Shown piece after piece: positions 17,753 to 25,155 of a stretch of DNA of 32,000 bases. The notes beneath the pieces were generated by a model, which was not told the origin of the DNA, made no database searches, and worked only from the letters and a program-made list of their open reading frames with translations. Each line of letters starts with the position of its first letter. The first letter of the stretch is position 1. Position numbers and translations under genes: made by a program. The DNA comes from an uncultured Opitutales bacterium (lineage in GTDB: Bacteria > Verrucomicrobiota > Verrucomicrobiia > Opitutales > UBA9783): assembly GCA_934691225.1 (NCBI GenBank), contig CAKUSQ010000001.1, positions 510,001 to 542,000 on the forward strand, written 5' to 3'.

Positions 17753-18897
17753 ACTACGAACATATTTCGTCAGAAGCCGTTGGGGAAGGACACCCTGATA
17801 AAGTGGCTGACTATATTTCGGATTCGATTCTGGATGCTTGTTTGCAAGAAGATCCGAATGCACATGTTGCTTGTGAGACGCTTGTAAAAAATAATTGTGT
17901 TGTTTTAGCAGGAGAAATTTCAACAACAGCACAGTTAAATTATGAAGCAGTGGTTCGACAGGCCATTCGTGAAATTGGGTATACAGATAAGAACGAATAC
18001 TTTAGTGCAGATAAGGTTTTTATTACAAATTTATTAACAGCACAATCTAATGAAATCCATGAAGCGGTTTCGAAGTGTGATAATGATATTGGAGCGGGTG
18101 ATCAAGGGTTTTTCTTTGGTTATGCGTGCAATGAAACACCAGAGTTTTTACCTGTTTCTTACATGTTAGCTCAGAAATTGTGCAAGAATTTAGCGTTAGA
18201 ACGAAAAAATGGACGCGTAAATTGGCTTCGACCGGATTGCAAGGCTTTAGTCACAATGTTGTATGATCGTCATAAGCCCGTAGAAGTTGAAAATGTTGTG
18301 TTAGCAGTTCAGCATAGGGCGGGTGTTTCACAGGAAGAGATTGCGCATTTTTGTCGAGAAACGGTTATTCCAGAGGTTGTTCCAGGTGAGTGGATTTCAG
18401 AAAAAACACGTTATTACATTAATTCTAGCGGGAGTTTTGTTTGTGGAGGACCTGAAGCAGATTCAGGGTTAACGGGTCGAAAGATTATTGTGGATACGTA
18501 TGGAGGTTGGGCTCATCATGGAGGGGGTGCTTTCTCTGGAAAGGATCCTTCAAAAGTTGATCGTTCTGGGGCTTATTTTTGTCGTTGGGTAGCAAAAAAT
18601 ATTGTGGCAGCTGAATTAGCAGAACGTGTTGAAGTTCGTTTAGCTTATGCAATTGGTGGAACGCATCCTATACATTATGATTTAGCTACTTATGGAACAG
18701 AAACGTGTGATTTAGAGCTTTTGCATAAGGCGGTTACACAGGTATTTGATGCAAGGCCTTCGTCTATCATTCAAACTTTAGATTTAAAACGTCCTATTTA
18801 TCGACAAACAACGCAGTTTGGTCATTTTACCAAGGCTTTTCTACCGTGGGAACAAACGAATCGTGTAAGTGAATTAGTTGAATTGTGCAAAAAGTAA
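17749..18897 (+). CDS. metK: S-adenosylmethionine synthetase
   Basis: SEAVGEGHPDKVADYISD, GAGDQGFFFGYA, GGPEADSGLTGRKIIVDTYGG, GGGAFSGKDPSKVDRSGAY. Confidence 0.95.
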   Translation: MNYEHISSEAVGEGHPDKVADYISDSILDACLQEDPNAHVACETLVKNNCVVLAGEISTTAQLNYEAVVRQAIREIGYTDKNEYFSADKVFITNLLTAQSNEIHEAVSKCDNDIGAGDQGFFFGYACNETPEFLPVSYMLAQKLCKNLALERKNGRVNWLRPDCKALVTMLYDRHKPVEVENVVLAVQHRAGVSQEEIAHFCRETVIPEVVPGEWISEKTRYYINSSGSFVCGGPEADSGLTGRKIIVDTYGGWAHHGGGAFSGKDPSKVDRSGAYFCRWVAKNIVAAELAERVEVRLAYAIGGTHPIHYDLATYGTETCDLELLHKAVTQVFDARPSSIIQTLDLKRPIYRQTTQFGHFTKAFLPWEQTNRVSELVELCKK

Positions 18898-18954
18898 TAG
18901 TTCTTGATTTAAAAGGTTGAATTTTTAATGGATAAAATTTCATATTTTTAATGT

Positions 18955-19761
18955 ATGATGACATCAATATATGATCCTAAAAAATTTCTTTTGATTGTGG
19001 GGCCATGCGCTATTGAATCAGAAGCATTGTGTCAAGAGGTTGCAGAAGTTGTGCATCGTTTACAAGAGCGTTACAAAGAAACTTTAAAAGTTGTTTTTAA
19101 AGCATCTTTTGACAAAGCTAACCGTACGGATGTGCACAGTAAGCGGGGTATGGGATTAGAGCAAGGTCTGAAGATTCTTGAAAATATCAAAAGTAAATAT
19201 CATTTGCAAGTTACGACAGACATACATTTGCCTGAACAGGCAAGGACAATTGCTTCCGTTTGCGATGTTATTCAGATTCCAGCATTTCTTTGTCGTCAAA
19301 CGGATTTATTGGAAGCAGCAGCTAAATCAGGTCGTACTGTTAACGTGAAAAAGGGACAATTTTTGTCGCCTTATGATATGCAATTTGTAGTTGAAAAATT
19401 GAACTGTTTTGGTGCACATGAAATTTGGCAAACTGAGCGTGGAACAATGTTCGGGTATGGTAATTTAGTGGTTGATATGCGATCTTTCCCTATCATGAAA
19501 AAAAATAAGTGTCCTGTTATTTTTGACACAACACATAGTTTGCAAATGCCAGGAATGGGAACGGAATGTACGGGTGGAGATCGTCAGTTTGCTTCATGTT
19601 TGGCCAAAAGTGCTTTGGCTGCAGGTGCCCAAGGTTTATTTATAGAAACGCATCCAAATCCAGCACAGGCTTGGTCAGATAAAGCTACGCAATTGCCTCT
19701 GAATGAATTGCCGGATTTTTTACAAAAAAGTTTAGAAATTTGGAAGGTGGTTGCTCAATGA
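18955..19761 (+). CDS. kdsA: 3-deoxy-8-phosphooctulonate synthase (KDO8P synthase)
   Basis: GPCAIES, KASFDKANRT, IQIPAFLCRQTDLL, VNVKKGQF, FDTTHSLQMPG. Confidence 0.9.
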   Translation: MMTSIYDPKKFLLIVGPCAIESEALCQEVAEVVHRLQERYKETLKVVFKASFDKANRTDVHSKRGMGLEQGLKILENIKSKYHLQVTTDIHLPEQARTIASVCDVIQIPAFLCRQTDLLEAAAKSGRTVNVKKGQFLSPYDMQFVVEKLNCFGAHEIWQTERGTMFGYGNLVVDMRSFPIMKKNKCPVIFDTTHSLQMPGMGTECTGGDRQFASCLAKSALAAGAQGLFIETHPNPAQAWSDKATQLPLNELPDFLQKSLEIWKVVAQ

Positions 19762-20678
19762 TACCGCGCGTAGTATTTTTTTCATCAGCAGATATTTCAA
19801 TTCCAACTTTGAATTTTTTGAAGGAAAGTCCAAGTACAAATTTAGTAGGTGTTATAACACAGCCTGGACGGCCTAAAGGTCGTGGTCAAAAAATAAGTCC
19901 TAATCCGGTTGCTTTGTGGGCCCAAGAAAAAGGTGTGTTCTTTTACGAGGCTGAAGAACTGGGCGATGCTGCTTTTGAAGTGTTTAAAAATCTGCGTCCA
20001 GATTTAGTTTTTGTTATGGCTTTTGGGCGTCTTTTAAAAAATAGGTTTATTGATTTGCCATTTTATGGGATGTGGAACCTGCATGCTTCTTTGTTGCCAA
20101 AACTTCGTGGAGCTTCTCCTATGCAATCGGCTATTTTGAATGGAGATGAGTACACGGGTTTGACGCTTATGCGCATGGTTGAAAAAATGGATGCAGGTCC
20201 TTGGGTTTTTCAAGAATGTATAAAAATAGAAGCGGATGACACGACAGCCACGTTAACAAAAAAATTAGCTGAAAGTGGTGTGAGTGTTTTAAAAATAACT
20301 TTACCTCATTTATTAGATAAAACGCTGGTTTGCATTGATCAGGATCCTGAATCGGTTACGTACTGCAAGAAAATTTCGAAGGAAGATGGTTGGTTAGATT
20401 TTTCAAAACCAGCTGTTGTTTTAGAACGACAAATACGTGCATTTCAACCTTGGCCGAGTTCTTATTTTTTTAAAAATAATGAACGTTACATTGTGCGTAA
20501 AGCGCACGTAGAATTTGAAATGAAGTTTAATATTGTTGGAAAGTTTAACATTGCTGAAAATGGCACAAAGCTAAGTATTGAAACGGGTGAAGGAACGTTA
20601 GTTATTGATGTCATGCAAAAAGCGGGTGGAAAACCCATGCCTATTGCTGATTTTTTGAGGGGAAATAAGAATTTTTAA
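19758..20678 (+). CDS. fmt: Methionyl-tRNA formyltransferase
   Basis: ITQPGRPKGRGQKISPNPV, NLHASLLPKLRGASPMQSAILNGD and a C-terminal beta-barrel domain are present. The ATG at 19758 overlaps the kdsA stop (ATGA). Confidence 0.9.
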   Translation: MIPRVVFFSSADISIPTLNFLKESPSTNLVGVITQPGRPKGRGQKISPNPVALWAQEKGVFFYEAEELGDAAFEVFKNLRPDLVFVMAFGRLLKNRFIDLPFYGMWNLHASLLPKLRGASPMQSAILNGDEYTGLTLMRMVEKMDAGPWVFQECIKIEADDTTATLTKKLAESGVSVLKITLPHLLDKTLVCIDQDPESVTYCKKISKEDGWLDFSKPAVVLERQIRAFQPWPSSYFFKNNERYIVRKAHVEFEMKFNIVGKFNIAENGTKLSIETGEGTLVIDVMQKAGGKPMPIADFLRGNKNF

Positions 20679-20722
20679 AAAAGCACGTTTTTTCATTGGC
20701 ATATTCCATGTTTTTATATTGA

Positions 20723-21304
20723 ATGTTCGTTCAAATGGTTTCATTGGCGTTAATAGTGGGATATTTTTTAGGAACAATTCCTTTTGGTGTTTTAGTAGCT
20801 AAAGCCCATGGAATTTGCATTTTAGCCCATGGAAGTGGAAATCCAGGTGCTACAAATATTTCAAGAATTTTAGGAAAACGTTGGGGATATGTCGTGTTTG
20901 TTTTGGATGCATTTAAGGGTTGGCTTGCGGTAATAGCAGGATGTCAATGCGGGCATCCTTATGCAGGATTATCTGGAGCCATTATAGGTCATTGTTTTTC
21001 TTGTTGGATACATTTTAAGGGCGGAAAAGGTGTTGCAACGCTTATAGGCGGTTTGTTAGGCATCATGCCATACCCTTTAGCATTGGGTTTAATTATTTGG
21101 TGGCTTGTGTTTAAGGTTTTGCGCTATGTATCCATTGCTTCCATTTGTTTTGTATTATCATTGTTGCCCTTATGTTGTTTGTGTTATGGCATTGAACCTT
21201 CACGCAAGCACGCTTTACCATTACTATTTTTAAGTGGATTTGTTATTTTTTGTCATCGTTCGAACTTGATAAGGCTTTGGCAGGGAAAAGAAAATAGATT
21301 TTAA
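20723..21304 (+). CDS. plsY: Glycerol-3-phosphate acyltransferase PlsY
   Basis: GSGNPGATNISRILGKRWG, DAFKGWLAV, HFKGGKGVAT and multiple TM helices. Confidence 0.9.
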   Translation: MFVQMVSLALIVGYFLGTIPFGVLVAKAHGICILAHGSGNPGATNISRILGKRWGYVVFVLDAFKGWLAVIAGCQCGHPYAGLSGAIIGHCFSCWIHFKGGKGVATLIGGLLGIMPYPLALGLIIWWLVFKVLRYVSIASICFVLSLLPLCCLCYGIEPSRKHALPLLFLSGFVIFCHRSNLIRLWQGKENRF

Positions 21305-22087
21305 ATGAAACCTTGTGTTAAAAAGTTTGGAGGAAGTTTATTAAGGTCTGATTCAGATTTTTTAATGGTTGCTAACTACTTATCTAAATTTTACAAGCAA
21401 GGTTTACCATTGATTGTGGTTGTATCTGCACAATATGGAATGACGGATAAATTGATCCAGCAGGCGATGCACTATAGTCCTTGTCAAGGTGAAGCTTATG
21501 AATTGCTATTAAGTTTGGGGGAACAGCATTCATGTGCACTTTTGAGTTTAGCTTTGCAGTCGCTAGGAATTCCATCGGAGGTTTTCTGCGGTTATCGTGT
21601 GGGGATCCATAAAACCTCAAAGGATAATTTTGAGGTAGATGTGAATATGTATTGGCGAGCAGTGAAGCAAAGTATTGTAATTGTAGGTGGTTTTCAAGTG
21701 ATGAATGAAAAATCTCAGTTACTTAATTTGGGACGAGGAGGTTCAGATCTGACGGCTTTATTAATCGCTAGTGCGATGAATTTTGATTGCGAACTAGTTA
21801 AAAATGTTCCAGGTATCTTTAATTTAAATGATCAAGGTAAACGCTTAGACAATTTTTATAAACATATAACTTTTAAAGATTTACAGCGCCTATTAAAATT
21901 AGGCTCATTTGTGGTGCAGCCTCAAGCGGTTGAGTTTGCTGAAAAAAAGCAGTATGCCTTTACAGTGATGGATATTCATGGTTGTGGAACCAAAGTCGGT
22001 GGATGTGTTTGTTCGGCGTTTAGAGATTCCCCAAATAAGCTTTTAGCAGCATCTTATACAGATACATTAACGCAAGTAGCTTTGTAG
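21305..22087 (+). CDS. Amino-acid-kinase fold protein, an aspartokinase-like catalytic domain without ACT domains
   Basis: KKFGGSLL, VVVVSAQYGMTDKL, LSLGEQHSCALLS, VGGFQV and NLGRGGSDLTALLIA follow the aspartokinase N-lobe/C-lobe pattern. The protein ends at 260 aa, where ACT domains would normally begin. The ATG abuts the plsY stop. Confidence 0.6.
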   Translation: MKPCVKKFGGSLLRSDSDFLMVANYLSKFYKQGLPLIVVVSAQYGMTDKLIQQAMHYSPCQGEAYELLLSLGEQHSCALLSLALQSLGIPSEVFCGYRVGIHKTSKDNFEVDVNMYWRAVKQSIVIVGGFQVMNEKSQLLNLGRGGSDLTALLIASAMNFDCELVKNVPGIFNLNDQGKRLDNFYKHITFKDLQRLLKLGSFVVQPQAVEFAEKKQYAFTVMDIHGCGTKVGGCVCSAFRDSPNKLLAASYTDTLTQVAL

Positions 22088-22119
22088 ACAGTGGTTAATT
22101 TTAATATGTGAAGTTTGTA

Positions 22120-22404
22120 TTAATCCCAAGGATCATCTTCCATAAAAGCTTGAAGGTCTTCGGCAAAAAAATCTTTTTTATGAGCCGTTGAATCTTGACG
22201 TGTTTTTTTAGAATGTGTTTTGGATGGTGTAAGATTCGGAGGTAACAGATTCCGTAAAATGGTTATGTCATCTTTTTGAGGACTGGATATTTGTTCTAAT
22301 GTGTTTTTGGATGGTTGGTCTGATTCGTTGGTAGATCCTTGTAAAGTGCCTTGACTTAGGCAAAATACAGACAATAAAGCAAGTGATAAGAAAGAATTTT
22401 TCAT
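22120..22404 (-). CDS. Small secreted protein of unknown function
   Basis: The ATG at 22404 gives a signal peptide, MKNSFLSLALLSVFCLSQGTLQG. A low-complexity polar region follows, with an acidic C-terminus (EDLQAFMEDDPWD). No family was recognised. The ORF track start at 22431 is upstream in frame. Confidence 0.45.
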   Translation of the reverse strand: MKNSFLSLALLSVFCLSQGTLQGSTNESDQPSKNTLEQISSPQKDDITILRNLLPPNLTPSKTHSKKTRQDSTAHKKDFFAEDLQAFMEDDPWD

Positions 22405-22624
22405 AGTAACTCTATAATTTGTTGATAGCATAAACCATGCACATTTTTATTTTTTAATTGAAAGATAATTGTGTCCTATAACTTAGTATGCAAATTATTG
22501 CTTTATGTTTCAACCAAATTTTTTTGTATATGAGAATTTTTGTTTTTTATGAAAAATTTTGGTATTTATACCTTGACAGAAACATTTATGAATGATCTCG
22601 AAATTTCAAGATGGTTTTTCAAAA

Positions 22625-22755
22625 AATAGGAGCATAAAGTGGGTATTTTGTGCGGAATTAAAAAATAGAGAAAAACCACTTGACGGAGGGAATTTGTGGT
22701 AAGAAGATCTTAGTGTTTTCAATGTGTCAGTAAGATTTAACAGGGTGGGCCTATT
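22625..22755 (+). promoter_or_regulatory. Structured 5' leader of nrdD with cobalamin-riboswitch-like motifs (candidate riboswitch)
   Basis: - Closing helix: aatagg (22625-22630) pairs with cctatt (22750-22755).
- aaagtgggta is followed by the hairpin tttt-gtgcggaatt-aaaa. This resembles the GGGAA...GGUGnnAAnnCC hairpin.
- accac-ttgacggagggaattt-gtggt (22675-22700) resembles GCCACUG...GGGAAGG.
- cagggtgggcc immediately 5' of the closing helix is a poor match to the B12 box.

All matching was done by eye and is not validated. Confidence 0.35.
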
Positions 22756-22785
22756 AGACGAATGGCTGTTGAAAATGCATAAGTT

Positions 22786-25155
22786 ATGGCTATAAAAAAA
22801 ATAATCAAAAGAAATGGAACAATAATTCCATTTAGCGAAGAACGTATCTTTAAGGCTATTCATAAAGCGTTTTTGGCTGTACAAGGGGAACCTTGCGGAG
22901 GTATTGTTCAAAAGTTGTCGGATCAAGTTATAGATGTGCTGAATACGCGCTATCATGAACGTACGATTCCGGCTGTGGAAGAGATCCAAGATGTAATTGA
23001 GAAGACATTAATGCGTGAAAATTTCACGGATGTTGCAAAAGCTTATATTTTGTATAGAAATCAGCGGCATCGTTTACGTGAAGGTAAAGCATTGGTACTC
23101 GATATTGAAAAAACCATGGAAGGATACCTTAATCAGACGGATTGGCGCGTTAATGAAAATAGCAGCATCAATTATTCTTTAGGTGGATTGATGTTACACA
23201 ATGCAGGGGCTATCACTGCGAATTATTGGTTAAGTCGTATCTACGATGAGAAAATTTCAAACGCACATAAAAATGGAGATTTCCATATACATGATTTATC
23301 CATGTTTTCATGTTATTGCGCTGGATGGAGTTTGCGACAATTACTTGAATTAGGTTTTGGTGGTGTACGTGGAAAAGTTGACTCAAAACCTGCAAAACAT
23401 TTTTCAACAGCTATTTGGCATATTATTAATTTCTTGGGTACCATGCAAAATGAGTGGGCCGGTGCACAAGCGTTATCAAGCTTTGATACTTATTTGGCCC
23501 CATTTATTAAGAATGAGAATTTATCGTTTAAAGAAGTAAAACAACATATTCAAAGTTTTGTATACAGTGTAAATACTCCTTCTCGTTGGGGTACTCAACC
23601 ACCGTTTACCAATATTACATTGGATTGGGTTTGTCCGGATGATCTGGCAAACAAACATGTTATCATTGGTGGTAAAGAGCAAGATTTCTTTTACAAAGAT
23701 TGCCAAGCGGAGATGGATCTCATTAATCGAGCGTTTCTGGAGGTAATGTCAGAAGGTGATGCCAATGGTCGTGGGTTTGTTTATCCAATACCAACTTATA
23801 ATATAACGAAAGATTTTAATTGGGATAGTGAAAACGCGGATTTATTGTTTAAAATGACTGCCAAGTATGGTACGCCGTATTTCCAAAATTTCATTAACTC
23901 AGATCTAAATCCATCGGATGTCCGAAGCATGTGTTGTCGTTTACAGCTGGATAAGCGCGAGTTACGTCGTCGTGGAGGTGGTTTATTCGGAGCAGATGAA
24001 TTTACAGGGTCTATAGGTGTGGTTACCATAAATATGCCACGTATTGGTTATTTAAGTAAGGATGAAACGGAATTCTTTAAGCGTTTAGATGATTTGATGG
24101 TTTTAGCCAAGGATTCTTTGGAATGCAAACGAAAAACGATTCAAAGATTAATGCAGCAGGGATTATTTCCTTACAGTAAACGTTATCTGCGTAGTTTCGA
24201 TAATCATTTTTCTACCATCGGGTTGGTGGGAATGCATGAATGTTGTTTAAATTTCTTGAAAAAATCTATAGCGACGCAAGAAGGCCATGCATTTACCGAA
24301 AAAGTATTGTTGTACATGCGTAAACGTTTAGCGGATTTTCAAGAGGAAACAAATAATTTGTACAATCTTGAAGCAACACCTGCGGAAGGAACTTCTTATC
24401 GTTTGGCTAAAATCGATAAGGAAATGTTTGGAGATATCGTTCAATCAGGCGATGTGGATCCTTATTATACAAATTCATCCAATTTACCTGTAGATTACAC
24501 AGCAGATGTTTTTGAAGCATTGAAACAGCAAGAATCTTTTCAAACAAAATATACAGGAGGTACCGTATTTCACGTATTTTTGGGTGAGTCGTTGCCGGAT
24601 TCTCAGTCTTGTCGAACATTGGTCCGTCAGATTGTGAACAATTTTAGAATTCCTTATGTATCGATTTCACCAACGTTTTCAGTATGTGAAACGCATGGAC
24701 GTTTTTCAGGTAGGCAGGAATTTTGCCCACATTGTGGAAATGAAATGGAAGTTTACAGTCGAATTACGGGATATTATCGCGCTGTAACCTTTTGGAATAA
24801 GGGTAAAAAGGAAGAATTTAAACATCGCCTAACGTACGATATAGCACATTCAACGGTACCTGAGCATGGTGATAAGTGCCATTGTTCTGAGGATTGTTGT
24901 CGTGAGAATCCTATAAATTCATGTGATACAGCGCTGTTTTTCTTCAGTGATACTTGTGCAAAATGCCAAACCTTGAAGCCGTTTTTGAAAGAACAGGGAT
25001 TTAAAGGTCAATGGGTAAATACTTCAGAGGCATCTGGATTTGAATTGGCTAAGAAGTATCAAGTTAGAAATTTGCCAGCCTTAGTATTTCCTGATAAATC
25101 ACAGGTGATTTATGACACTGAAGCTATAAAGACATGCGTAAGTATGGGTTCATAA
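22786..25155 (+). CDS. nrdD: Anaerobic (class III) ribonucleoside-triphosphate reductase NrdD with an N-terminal ATP-cone and an extra C-terminal thioredoxin-fold domain
   Basis: - ATP-cone N-terminus: IKRNGTIIPFSEERIFKAIHKA.
- Core motifs: NSSINYSLGG, FHIHDL, RSMCCRL.
- Zn-ribbon: CETHGRFSGRQEFCPHCG.
- Glycyl-radical motif: YSRITGYYRAVTFWNKGKKEEFKHR, with Gly662 at 24769-24771.
- About 108 additional residues follow, containing FFFSDTCAKCQ...VRNLPALVF. Confidence 0.95.
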   Translation: MAIKKIIKRNGTIIPFSEERIFKAIHKAFLAVQGEPCGGIVQKLSDQVIDVLNTRYHERTIPAVEEIQDVIEKTLMRENFTDVAKAYILYRNQRHRLREGKALVLDIEKTMEGYLNQTDWRVNENSSINYSLGGLMLHNAGAITANYWLSRIYDEKISNAHKNGDFHIHDLSMFSCYCAGWSLRQLLELGFGGVRGKVDSKPAKHFSTAIWHIINFLGTMQNEWAGAQALSSFDTYLAPFIKNENLSFKEVKQHIQSFVYSVNTPSRWGTQPPFTNITLDWVCPDDLANKHVIIGGKEQDFFYKDCQAEMDLINRAFLEVMSEGDANGRGFVYPIPTYNITKDFNWDSENADLLFKMTAKYGTPYFQNFINSDLNPSDVRSMCCRLQLDKRELRRRGGGLFGADEFTGSIGVVTINMPRIGYLSKDETEFFKRLDDLMVLAKDSLECKRKTIQRLMQQGLFPYSKRYLRSFDNHFSTIGLVGMHECCLNFLKKSIATQEGHAFTEKVLLYMRKRLADFQEETNNLYNLEATPAEGTSYRLAKIDKEMFGDIVQSGDVDPYYTNSSNLPVDYTADVFEALKQQESFQTKYTGGTVFHVFLGESLPDSQSCRTLVRQIVNNFRIPYVSISPTFSVCETHGRFSGRQEFCPHCGNEMEVYSRITGYYRAVTFWNKGKKEEFKHRLTYDIAHSTVPEHGDKCHCSEDCCRENPINSCDTALFFFSDTCAKCQTLKPFLKEQGFKGQWVNTSEASGFELAKKYQVRNLPALVFPDKSQVIYDTEAIKTCVSMGS

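Noticed and set aside
15020-17932. ORFs 15020-15307 (+), 16113-16436 (+) and 17726-17932 (-).
   Set aside because: They are antisense to nth, the MFS transporter and metK respectively, with no supporting motifs.
22550-22630. 26-codon ORF (MKNFGIYTLTETFMNDLEISRWFFKK) in the nrdD leader.
   Set aside because: There is no Shine-Dalgarno and no recognisable peptide family. It may be a chance ORF in AT-rich DNA. It is kept only as a note in case leader-peptide control is found.
22440-22785. NrdR boxes upstream of nrdD.
   Set aside because: I looked for paired 16-bp palindromes of the acaCwAtATaTwGtgt type. Only isolated half-site-like fragments turned up (attgtgtc near 22468, caatgtgtc near 22720, agatcttagtgt near 22706), without the tandem arrangement. 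This does not exclude NrdR regulation, but it cannot be supported by eye.
22606-22989. 127-aa minus-strand ORF spanning the nrdD start and leader.
   Set aside because: It overlaps the conserved ATP-cone coding region of nrdD in antisense. Its product is low-complexity and no signal or motif is present.
23213-24619. Several 60-77-aa ORFs within or antisense to nrdD (23213-23407, 23357-23539, 23521-23706, 23796-24029, 24407-24619).
   Set aside because: All are nested in the strongly supported nrdD frame and are typical spurious ORFs.
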